DNA of 52,500 bases, the filler included, from Sphacelaria rigidula (Eukaryota), in the NCBI GenBank assembly GCA_964200075.2. It is 4 parts of 4 records of this genome, joined end to end, with 100 filler letters (N's around TTAATTAATTAA, not from the genome) between each part and the next. Parts side by side here need not be neighbours in the genome. Positions count along the whole stretch, not along the records: positions 26,302 to 39,351 come from CAXNAA020003202.1; positions 39,452 to 52,500 come from CAXNAA020003203.1; 2 more parts are not named here. One strand, given 5' to 3'. The notes beneath the pieces were generated by a model. The model was given only the letters and a program-made list of their open reading frames with translations, was not told where the DNA came from and did not search any database. Shown piece after piece: positions 38,425-49,427 of the stretch; the first letter of the stretch is position 1, and each line of letters starts with the position of its first letter. A program made the position numbers and the translations under genes.

Positions 38425-38597
38425 GCGTGCTCATAGGACCGCATCGGAATATGAACATCCTTATGGTGAGGGTTAGGGTCGGGGTTAGTGTTTGGGTTGT
38501 GGTCAGGGGCGTGCTACCTGCAGGGACTGACCCGATTGGTTTCGAAAAACGTCGATCCTGGGGTGTTTCGAACTACGGTGCAGTCCTCTCAGCACGC
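38425..38597. mobile_element. Small MITE-like element containing degenerate telomere-like (TTAGGG) repeats
   Basis: Left end gcgtgctcataggaccgcatcg matches the reverse complement of right end cggtgcagtcctctcagcacgc. Internal gtgagggttagggtcggggttagtgtttgggttg at ~38467-38499. Confidence 0.65.
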
Positions 38598-39170
38598 TAT
38601 TCCCTCACGCATTACAGTATGACACGATATCGTCGTGTATGGTGCCAAAATACACCTACAAATTGTTTCAGACACCATCCATAAATGTTTTCGTGGTGTC
38701 CAGTCGTTACAATAGACGATGTGCTGTCTTACCGTCAGATCTTGCGTCACCCGACAATGAGCATGTAGGGGTAGTCCTTGGGACGTATGACGAAGCTACC
38801 CGCGCCGATCCCATCATCTGTGAAGGGTCCCCACATGCCAGAAGCAGCTCGGAAAGAGGCACTGACGGGCACAGCAATATGGTTGTTTCAGGGCACGAAT
38901 GTTTGAGCAAAATTCCGACGTTCAGATGTCTAAAATTCGCCAAATTAGTAAGTATATCGGATTGAAACCAAGTTTGGATGTAATTCCCACCACCATTCAA
39001 TAGGGTTGGAAATCGCACTAAGTTCCATATTCGTAACACCAAAAAGACATCTGACAACAAATTGTGCGAATTGAGGCTTAACTCCGAGATGAGGCTCAAG
39101 CCTAAGACAGTGCTTTCCTGATACTTTCAGCAATGGTGCCCAATGACGTTTTTCTCGGCCTAATGCCCCT

Positions 39171-39351
39171 CGATCGCCTTGATACTTTTTCAGCGCAATT
39201 CACCAACTTTTTGAGCTTACAGCGCTGACCAAAACCGTCATTTCCCCCCCCCTTTTTTGAGGGGAGTAATATCAGGGAAAATGACGGTTTCGGTCAGCGC
39301 TGTAAGCTCACAGAGTCGGCGAATTGCGCTGAAGAAGTATCTACGCGATCG
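39171..39351. repeat. Long inverted repeat (~75-bp arms) running into a contig end
   Basis: cgatcgc...tgagcttacagcgctgaccaaaaccgtcatttccc pairs with gggaaaatgacggtttcggtcagcgctgtaagctca...gcgatcg. Confidence 0.8.
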
Positions 39352-39451
39352 NNNNNNNNNNNNNNNNNNNNNNNNNNNNNNNNNNNNNNNNNNNNTTAAT
39401 TAATTAANNNNNNNNNNNNNNNNNNNNNNNNNNNNNNNNNNNNNNNNNNNN
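39352..39451. other. Artificial contig spacer (44N-TTAATTAATTAA-44N)
   Basis: Same construct as 13052-13151. Confidence 0.97.
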
Positions 39452-42400
39452 TTCCCACCCCCCAAAACCGGGGCCAGAGACTCTTTTTTTTTTTTTTTTT
39501 TGCAAGCGGGGCCCCCCCCCCCCCCCCCCCCCCCGCGATACAGCTGTCGTTGGGATTGCGAGCTTACCTTACGCTCAATACGTGGTTGATGTTGGCAGAT
39601 TAGTGACGTTCTCTCGTTGCCTCATAGCACCAAGACATTTGCATACAATATATTTCTCAAGGCTAATTCTGCGCACACACACACAAGTTAAATCTCCGAG
39701 TTTTGGTGTTGTTCGTGCCGCCTGTGCTGTGTCTGTGTTCGGGAGTCCTCGAGCGTCGAACAAATCTTGCACCCATCTCCGCCGTGTTCTCCCCATAAGG
39801 GGTCGAATCTCAGCCCAGCTGGCATCGAATATGCAAGGAATTTGCAAGCTGTAACAAGCTGTGACAAGAGCGGCTCCCACAGTCACAAGTAGGTTTATTC
39901 CCGTCGACTCATCGGGGGTGCAAAGGCGCAGAGGTACGGTCGTTCAGGCGGCCCTCGTCTGACACTCCCGTACGCGCACGTAACATGACGCCCCGCGCGC
40001 AGTCTTTTGTTCAGTTTCGTGCAGGAGACCAAAACAAACCTAACGTTTAGCGCTGTTGCCGCCTTTTGTGGCGAAAACGTGTGCTCCAATACCTGTACGA
40101 TCGCTTTCGTTTTCTTGTTTTCGTTTTGTTTTTGTGATGGAACCACACGGGGGGAAGAGGACGCCGGTGGTTTTATAGCCCTCTAGACACCCCGCGTGCT
40201 TCCCGAGGAATATTTTTGTCCATCAACTCTTCGTCCTGATACTCAACAAGAAACAGATCTCATCGGAGAAGCACGATGGCTGGACCAGCCTCTAAGAAAA
40301 CGATAATTTTCAAGGCTCGCCCGAACCCTCGTCCCGAGAAGGGGAGGCCGTCAACCTTCAGGCACTTGGATTGGACTTCTAGTTGCCCAAGTTTCGAGTT
40401 ACCTCTTTGACCGGCGGGGCACGCATATCTTCGATTTCGAAATCAAGCGCCAGAGTTTCTCGCTCGAACACAGACTAGAAGGAACCTCGAATCCAATGTG
40501 TAGAACGTCGTCATTCGAAAATAAAGAAGAGCGATGCTTGTGCTCGCTGGCTCTGCTGACAGGTTCGAAGACGCCGTGGTTGTTGTAGTTGTCGTGTGTA
40601 ATCCCAAAGCCTGACGTCACCTGAAATAATCAAGAGCGTTTTTTTGCCGCGATACGTGGAATCGAATAGCTCCCGAGATGGGTTGATTATTGCAGTGATG
40701 GTTGGTATAGCTTGGCGTTGGTGCAAAACAGACGCGATAAGGAAACATGAGACGCATAATCTAACCCCCGATTGAATTCTCAGTGGCACCCGCCACACAC
40801 GCGTGTCAGCCAGCAATACCGGAGCATCGTATTCAGTACGTGACCTCCTTGGCAACAAAGTGTAGAAGAAACTGGCATATATTGCGTGCTCTACCTCTCC
40901 ACTCGGAAGCAAGCTTCAGCGAATGTTTTCTTCGCGGGATCTGCAGACAGGGTCACCCTTAGACAGGGATCATCGCCTCGGAACGGTTTCATTAGCAAGT
41001 AGTCCAGGAACATCCGAGGGTCTCCAGAGGGCAGGGATGTGGGTTTCAACAGGGTGTTGTGGGCTCGTTCGCTGAAGAGCTGCCAAGCTCACCAAGTCAA
41101 TCAAACAAACTTGTTTGGAAATGTCCCACAGAAACTCATAAGCCAGGAACGTGGCCCGAGAGGGAGGATTGTTTTTGGCCAATCAAGGCTATCAAAATGG
41201 TCACTTTGTTCCGCTACAGGTCGACTACACATTGACTACAGGTAGACTTGAGCTGGACTATATCGCTACCTCGCCGTATCTCTCGTTCTTGTCACGACAA
41301 TTCAACCGTAGATGACATAAACACAAGAACAAGGTGCTCTTTACTCTGCTTGTTGTGTTTGCCGCCTGCCTGACCCCTCATGTGTTGCCAGTATAGCTTC
41401 ACACTCTCTGCAATGGTTGTTGTGGAACATTAAGCACAGACATCAGCAGAATGCAGTAGACCGTAATCAGTGGACAGCGATGGCACGCTGACTGCTCCTT
41501 GCCGTTGTATCCAGCGCGAAGACATGGAGCACACATACGTACTGAGGCTGCATGCACGTAATAGACTGCGGGCGGGTCAAAACCGGTCAGGGGTATTCCG
41601 GGATTACGTTCATTTAAAGACGTGTTTGTTGTAGCGAGGGAAGAGCTGTTCTGGACCCCAAATGTTGGATAGTCCATCTCGGTTAACGTGCCGGGGGGGT
41701 CGCTGTCTAAGGGTTGTACTTCGTCGTGGCTCATATAGGGGCCGCCGACAATCCAGTGGGTAGCTTCAAATGAAAGTAAGTACTACGTAGTATTAAAAAA
41801 AACGATCGATATTTATCCCCAACGGATTCGCAAACAGCTTCGAGGATGTATCGTCAGGTGCATCACACCTCCGATATACTTTTGCCGATATATCTTCGAC
41901 ATATGTTCGTCCCTTGAATATGTCGACGCCCCGTGTTGTTTGTCATGGTACCGGTTCCTTTAGCATAGTTCGTGCTCGGCATATATCGTCGCAACATGTT
42001 TTGTTGGTCTCTATTTCGATGCATGACCACCTACGGGTAGATGTATCCATCGCTACACACTTTGAAGCATGTTTAGGTGGCAGCTTCGTCTCGTACACTT
42101 GCCGGCATGAACCCACTCCACCTCGACCAGGTGAACAACACATGTAATGCAGCTACAATACTTCCAACTGGATATTTCACACAAATGATCTGTGTCATCA
42201 AGACTCGAAAATGTGCCGTCTTTAATATAAAGGGGTGGTCATGTCATGTAAATTTACCGACCCGGTCTGAGGCGTGAAGTTTAAATGACGTCTATGGGAT
42301 CGAACACCTCGATAACCTACCGCGGAGAAACGCCGTTGTCGACGTTCCCCACGTGCAACGGTACTGCACTGCACTGCACTGTACTGTACTGTATGTGGTC

Positions 42401-45400
42401 ATGTCAGCGTGGTGAGTGGGTAAATAAATTGTGGCCTCGACAGCCGCCATATTTTCGGATTCCCAAGTGCGACGATGAAAAAAAAACTTCAAGATAACGC
42501 ATGTATGATACAGGAAGAAGGCGAATAAAAACATGCAATACCAACCAAGACGGAAAATAGCGAACACAATTTGCTGAACATCGACGCTGCCTGGCTCATT
42601 ACATCGTATCAAACACAAGAGGCTAGTCTTGTATCACCACATAAATACCGTTTCCTGTAGATTTTATTGTACGGTCCCTCAACCCAACCAAACATCGTAG
42701 AAAAGGACAAGTTGGCTTCGAAACGGAAAAAATTATCAGATCAGATAAAGCCGTTTCTTCTGATTCGGAAGAGGACCCTCGGGAAATGTTCCAGCCTAGA
42801 TGATGTCCAAACAATTCACGGTTAGGACAAATCAAGACTTATGCGAATTGACTCCTCGCGACATGACAGGAGTCAACCTGTATTCAAGTGTTGGTCCCGC
42901 CTGCACCCGACGGTAAATATCAAATTCAGTACAGTCATCTCAACGGCATACAGATGTGGAGAAGAGTACGACCAATGCAAGGCCCATGTCATGACAAGAT
43001 TCAACGATGTGCCGACTCTTTGTCCCGCACGGAGGCATACAAATGACATAGATATAGATGCCATTCACGCCTCATGGGAATTGTGGGTGGCATGTACAAT
43101 CGATCCATTACGCATTTTTCTACATAGGGTCAACATGTGTCCATGATCTACCCCCAATGACCTGGAGGCAGGAAACGGGTACCGTTGACGGTGTACTGTA
43201 CGACACAAAAGCTCGAAACCGGTATGAATTACAAATGATGTACGACTCGTATGACTTATTCGTTGAAATAATGACCATGAGTTGAATCACGATTTTATAT
43301 GTCCTAACCGTGAAAAAATTTCATTCGAGACCTTTCATGGAGAGAATGTGTTCTAGATGGGGAGTTTCCACCTGATCTATGTTTTTCCACGTCTATCACG
43401 TTGAGAAGAACGATCCGTTCTCGGAGACATCAAATTTTGTCGGAACATACCACCTAGATCGCCTTCATCAAGTTTGTTGCAATCAGCTGTACAGGCAATA
43501 CAAACAGGAAGCGCAGTTGCACACGTCGGGTACAGACAGCACACAGTGTACGACGCAACATTGCAATGCACCAGGTGCCACTGTGTAACTGCACAACGAG
43601 TACCCACAGGTATAGCACATAGCTGTGCAGTACGTGCGATGCATGCACATGCGGCACCAGCATACTGCATGGTACATGCAGTGCAGCCGCACAGATAGCG
43701 CACTACACAGTACAGTACATGGCTGCAGACAACGGACAGCACAGCAGCCGCTGTTTTGGACACCGAGTGGATCATATCATGGCGAGTACCACGACAGGCG
43801 GGATACCTGTGTTGGCTTACAACTCGCCAATCATTTTCAGAGGTGTCATGAGCTGTTTGGAAAACTGTTGTCATCGGGAAACTGTCACTGCCCGATCTTC
43901 TTGCAGACTCTTTGAATCGTAGGAAGCTGTCCCAACGAGAATAGTGTATGAACGACTGATACGGACAAACGGTATAGTAGCCTATCTTGCTTGCCCGTGT
44001 ACTAGTTCGTTTTTACTACTGTCTCATTTGTTATGGTTACCATCATCGCTGCTCAAGCACTGTGACGACGGATCTTCGCAAGACGGGGCAAAAGTGAAAT
44101 TTCCTACTTCAACCAAACATGCGGCATATTCATCCATGTGCAATGCAGTATGGAGTGATCGGTACGTACTCGCTCACCATTTATCGCAGGGCAAAACAGG
44201 TTTTCAGCACAAGTGATGATCAGCTTAACGAGGTACAGGTCATCCTGAATGTTAGGGTATCTTGATCTCAGCTCCAGGATCGATTCAGTTGCTCTCTTTC
44301 AGTGGTGGTTTTGAATCTCATGTCTCAGGTCACTTCGTTCCCTTCCATAGGAGTAAAACCAGGGGGCCGGCTTCCACCGATTCTGAAAGAACCGAGTTCA
44401 AGCCGGATGTAAAGAGGCATGTTCATGTAACCGTCTTTGTACGGGCTCAAACATCCTCCCCCCTGACTGCGGCACATTGCCAGTTCCCGCAGTCAGCCCT
44501 CCGGGACTTCTCCATCAGATTAGATGGGCCCATCATTGTACTGCCCTTCCTCCATCTATGCCGCGATCCAGAACACGACAATGCATGATGACTATTTTCA
44601 GAAATCGAACGTAGTTTAAGGTGATATTTCAACCTCTGAGTCACACCTGATACGACTGCCGCGAGTTTTTATGGCGTCTTCACCGTGGGGCACGAGTGAT
44701 TTCATGATATTTGCGCCGTATGGTATGTAGTTTTTACTGTGCAGTACGATGTGGTACACGAAATCTGCCCTACAATACAATACCGCACAGTACCAGATAT
44801 TCACGATACGGTTTCCACTGTACACGTCACCTGTGTTTTCCCCTTTCCGCGATATGATGAGGTGCTCTATCCCCACATCTGTGCGTAATTCATGAAACGT
44901 TTTCATGTACCGCGGAGAACAATCCCAGGCAAATTTAGGCTCGCTTGGTTGGTGTTCTCTCGCTAAAACCGCCAGTCCATGTCTCACCTCACCTATCAGC
45001 GAAATATTAGTGACATCTAAATATTTACCGTAAACTCTGCTGTTCCATTTGTGGCATGACGTTGTTATTTTCGCTTGTTTCCACAGTTGTTCCTCGAGGG
45101 CCGTGTTCACGCGTGAATTTGTCCTTCACTGCTTGGTAACGCTCATCCCCTCCTCAAGGTGCGCTTCGCTCTCGGTGATTGAGTGCGAGCCAAATCCGGC
45201 GAAAACCCGGCGCTCTCCGCCCCGGCGTTGTAGCGATGCGAGGTCGATGGTCTTATGACTACGGCATGCATGATGATGAGTACACCCCCCCTCAAGGTGC
45301 ATCTTCTGCGCGCGTGTCCCTCAGGACGGCTCAAGCCATCGTGTTGTGATGTCGATTCCTCCTCGTCAAGTGATCGGGTTGTCGCATCCTTCTTCCCGTT

Positions 45401-46928
45401 CGAAAACGAACGAGCCTCTTTGTACAGCGCACTGTTCCGTTTCACGCTACAGATCTCGCAACAATCGCGAAATGCTATGAAGTTGACTTCTAGCCACAAG
45501 AGATACTCTCTTCCAGGCCGTGGTTTAGCCCTGAGAAGTTCTTGCAATCATTTCCGGTGCATGTATCACAGCTTTCAGCGTCTCTCCTGCTGTACCCCAA
45601 ACATGGCAGCGGCGCCCTTTGCTCGCGTTTCCATAATGTATGCTCCCCGCTGGATCCTACCTCGAACTTGTCACTCCACACGTTCAACCTGTTACCGGAG
45701 CAGTCCTGATGCCGATACACCAATCACTGTGTTACTTAACTGCCCCACGTGGACAATGGACGCACGAGCCACAGCAACTCTATTCCCTGTATATCCACAG
45801 CTCCACACGTTCATCGCAAGGCTCGTCGACATCCGTCTTGTGCCATGCCAATGACCTAGACCGCAGGACGCCGGATAATGAATGTATTTCGCAAGAGTTC
45901 TTGTTGCTGCACTGAGGCGTCCAATCGGAATATTCCGGGGCCCAACCCCACACCACGAGCTTCTTTGACCTCATACTGCCCAGCCAAAGAATCATGAAGC
46001 TCACTAGTTAGAATTTTTATTCAAGGGGTCGGCAAAAATGTATCATCAATTTCGGAGAGGGGAGCATTCCCCATTCGCCCCGTGTTCGATTGTGTGTGGT
46101 TTTCCGATAGAGGTGGCGACAGGAGCAAATGATGACAGCACAGCGTGCTGTCATGCCGCCTCGCGAGGGCCGTAATGCGGGTGCAGTAGCATGAGTAATT
46201 TTCCGGTCAATGTCGATAGCCACAACACCCCGTGTTCTGTTCTCTTTGCCTATCCGCATTCGATAGGGTGGTATCTCCTAACAGCGCATGACAGTGTTCT
46301 AAATACGTGGTGAATCGGCGTATGCTGCACACAGCTTCAGCATTTCGCTAGTGTGGGCTTTTGGCTTCAAAGGTTTATTGCTGAGGGATATTACTGACAT
46401 GAAGTGGGTGCCTAGCTTTTGTATCCCCCCAATGTGAGGTGCACAGAGCAGAGTAGTTGTTAGCGCGTCATCTTTAGAGTAAATGTGATGCGTGGAAGAA
46501 CCATACAAGCAATCTCGGCACCCTTAATCTCTGTACCTGTTCAGACCTGAAGGTGCCTTCCTGTCTTTGGTCGTCCCGACGCGCGGCAATCACAGTATCG
46601 ACACTTCGCTTCTTATCGAAAAAGCGCTCCCCCCCTGGAGCGACGGTGCCAGAGCAGCAGTCCTTGTCATCTGGCGACTCAATGATTGCCTTGTTCGTCC
46701 ACTGCAGTCCACGTGCCTAATTGCGACCACAATACGATCTTGACAGTTGACCTACCTTTTACACAAGCAGGACCTAATGTTACCTTCGGTGATTGGTTGG
46801 TGCAGGCTGCTGCTGGATTGGTGAGTTTGTCCCCGTGAACGGATTGGAGACGGTGTGGATTGCAGCAGCAGCAGCAGCAGTGAGACTACCGCAGCCTTGA
46901 CCCCTTCTCTGGTATAGTCGTGGAAGGG

Positions 46929-47210
46929 ATGCCTGCTTCATGCACTCGCACGGGTTGAACCACAACGGCATTATAGGCCGTAGCGAGTAAGCGGGAAGAA
47001 AAAAGAGGCGGAATTCTTCGCCGTATACGAGTGGGCGGGAAGAGTCGATGAAGTAAGCAGATGGTGCGCGTGGAGGGCTGCTCCACTTACTTCAAGTAGA
47101 GCCGGTGGCAAGAAGGCAGAGTTCTGCGCCACACACATCCGAGCGGGGATGGTCAATGTAGTACGCACAAGGTGCGGGGAGAAGAGCTGACAAGATTCCC
47201 CTCGATCGGT
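46929..47210 (+). pseudogene. Decayed 5' repeats of the EsV-1-7 gene
   Basis: ATG at 46929 reads MPASCTRTG*TTTAL*AV..., then KEAEFFAVYEWAGRVDEVSRWC, EGCST, and KKAEFCATHIRAGMVNVVRTRCGEKS* in shifting frames. This is two further repeat units with stops and frameshifts. Confidence 0.7.
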
Positions 47211-49427
47211 GCAGCCGGTAGCAGGAAGGCGGAGTTCCGCGCCACACACGCCCGAGCGGGCATGGTCGATTTGGTGAACAAGTGGTGCACAGAAGAGGGC
47301 TGTTCTAGACGAGCATCGTTCGGTGCAGCCGGTAGCAGGACGGCGGAGTCCTGCGCCAGGCACACTCGAGCGAACATGGTGAATGTAGTACGCACTATGT
47401 GCGGCGAGGAGGGCTGCTCCACGCAAGCATCGTTCGGTGCAGCCAGCGGCAGCAAGGCGACGTACTGCGCCACACACGCGCGAGCGAGCATGGTCTATGT
47501 AGTGAGCAAGCAGTGCGCAGAAGAGGGCTGTTCCAAATCCCCATCGTTTGGTGCAGCCGCCGGCAGGAAGGCGGAGTTCTGCGCCACACACGCTCGAGCG
47601 GGCATGTTCAATGTGACAAGCAAGCGGTGCAGCGAGGAAGGCTGCTCTAAACAGCCATCGTTCGGTGCAGCGAATGGCAGGAAGGCGGTGTTCTGTGCCA
47701 CACATGCGCGAGCGGGCATGATTAATGTGGTGAACAAGCGTTGCAGCGAGGAGGGCTGCTTTATACGACCATCGTTTGGTGCAGTCGGTGGCAGCAAGGC
47801 TGAGTACTGCGCCACACACGCCCGAGCGGGCATGATCGACTGGTTCAATAAGCGGTGCGTAGAAAAGGGGTGTTCCAAACGAGCATCGTTCGGTGCAGCC
47901 GGTACCAGGAAGGCGGAATTCTGCGCCACACACGCCCGAGCGGACATGGTCAATGTAGTACGCAGTATGTGCGGCGAGGAGGGCTGCTTCACGCATGCAT
48001 TGTTTGGTGCAGCCGGTGGCAGGAAGGCGGAGTTCTGCGCCACACATGCCAGAGCGGGCATGATCGATGCGACAAGAAAGCAGTGCGGCGAAGAGGGCTG
48101 CTACAAATACCCTTCATTCGGTGCAGCCGGTAGCAGGACGGCGGAGTACTGCGCTGCACACATCCGCTCTGGCATGATCGATGTGAGAAGCAGGCGGTGC
48201 AGCCAGGAGGGCTGCTCCACGCAAGCATCGCGCGGTGCACCCGGTACCAAGAAGGCGGCGTACTGCGCCATTCACTCCCTAGCGAGCATGGTCTGTGTAG
48301 CAGGCACGATGTGTGGCGAGGAGGGCTGCTCTAGACGACCATCGTTCGGCGCAGCTGAAGGTAGCAAGGCGGAGTTTTGCGCCACACACGCCGGAGCGGG
48401 CATGGTCAATGTGAGAAGCAGGCGTTGCGGTCAGGAGGGCTGCTCTAAACAGCCATCGTTCGGTGCAGCGAATGGCAGGAAGGCGGTGTTCTGTGCCACA
48501 CATGCGCGAGCGGGCATGATTGATGTGAGAAGCAGGCGGTGCAGCGAGGAGGGCTGCTTTATACGACCATCATTCGGGGCAGCCGGTGGCAGCAAGGCTG
48601 AGTACTGCGCCACACACGCCCGAGCGGGCATGGTCAATGTAGTACACACGAGGTGCGGCGAGGAGGGGTGCTCTACACGACCATCGTTCGGTGCAGCCGA
48701 CGGCAGGAAGGCGGAGTTCTGCGCCACACACGCCCGCGTAGGGATGATCTTCATGCACGGCAATGGACGTGCCTCGCAGCGCTGTTCGAAACGGGTGCCG
48801 GAGCACCGGGGTACCTACCATCAAGTTGCACATCGCTTGACCCTGGCGTCTGATGCCGCAGGACATATCCGAGGGAAAAAACGCCCGAATGATGACTCAA
48901 CCGTAGGAGAGACTGGCATCGGTATCGACGGACAAGGTAAACGATCAAGCCATCCGTCGGATGCCGGTCCTACGACAAACGATAGTGGGTGTAACGCTGA
49001 TTCTCGCCAGACCTCGTGTGCCGTTAGTGCTGGGCGACCGGGTGCGAATTCTTTGGCCACCTTGCCTGCCGTCTCGGGACAGCCCCCCGGCGCGGCGGCA
49101 GTAAATTGTGTTTCTTCTGGTGGGATGGTGACGCGCGTGAAAGTGAACATGGAAACGACTATTGCGCCTGCGCGAGTCGATGAGGGGTCCACAAGTAGCT
49201 ACCTGCCTACTGCGCAATTCAGTAGCTGCGATGGCATGGCCCTTGGCTCCCGCAGCACGACCAGAAACGGGAGCGTGGACTGCAGTATCACCGATAGAAA
49301 GGACACAAAACGGCTACGCCGGACGGCACGGGTGAAGTCACCATCCGATGTGGCCGCTGGGGATGATGTGAAATCTGCAAAGGAGGAAACCGATGTGAAG
49401 TTCGAATTGAATGTGTCTGGTGTCTGA
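47172..49427 (+). CDS. EsV-1-7 cysteine-rich repeat protein (38-aa C-x4-C...C-x2-H repeats) with a low-complexity C-terminal tail; true start uncertain
   Basis: 13 complete repeats plus 1 partial repeat of CxEEGCxxxxSFGAAxxxKAEFCATHARAGMxxV at an exact 114-bp period in one uninterrupted ORF. This matches the EsV-1-7 motif known from Ectocarpus siliculosus virus-1 and brown algae. Confidence 0.9.
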   Translation: MRGEELTRFPSIGAAGSRKAEFRATHARAGMVDLVNKWCTEEGCSRRASFGAAGSRTAESCARHTRANMVNVVRTMCGEEGCSTQASFGAASGSKATYCATHARASMVYVVSKQCAEEGCSKSPSFGAAAGRKAEFCATHARAGMFNVTSKRCSEEGCSKQPSFGAANGRKAVFCATHARAGMINVVNKRCSEEGCFIRPSFGAVGGSKAEYCATHARAGMIDWFNKRCVEKGCSKRASFGAAGTRKAEFCATHARADMVNVVRSMCGEEGCFTHALFGAAGGRKAEFCATHARAGMIDATRKQCGEEGCYKYPSFGAAGSRTAEYCAAHIRSGMIDVRSRRCSQEGCSTQASRGAPGTKKAAYCAIHSLASMVCVAGTMCGEEGCSRRPSFGAAEGSKAEFCATHAGAGMVNVRSRRCGQEGCSKQPSFGAANGRKAVFCATHARAGMIDVRSRRCSEEGCFIRPSFGAAGGSKAEYCATHARAGMVNVVHTRCGEEGCSTRPSFGAADGRKAEFCATHARVGMIFMHGNGRASQRCSKRVPEHRGTYHQVAHRLTLASDAAGHIRGKKRPNDDSTVGETGIGIDGQGKRSSHPSDAGPTTNDSGCNADSRQTSCAVSAGRPGANSLATLPAVSGQPPGAAAVNCVSSGGMVTRVKVNMETTIAPARVDEGSTSSYLPTAQFSSCDGMALGSRSTTRNGSVDCSITDRKDTKRLRRTARVKSPSDVAAGDDVKSAKEETDVKFELNVSGV

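Noticed and set aside
40399-41245. Possible retroelement remnant on the minus strand
   Set aside because: Only a vague resemblance (TSPQHP versus integrase TxYHPQ), with no other colinear motifs.
44616-46259. Chain of minus-strand ORFs suggesting a decayed gene or transposase
   Set aside because: No recognisable motif in any frame I read, so no product can be supported.
46971-48763. Long antisense and alternative-frame ORFs over the EsV-1-7 repeats
   Set aside because: Shadow ORFs caused by a GC-rich 114-bp periodic sequence. The same applies to + strand ORFs over the FNIP gene.
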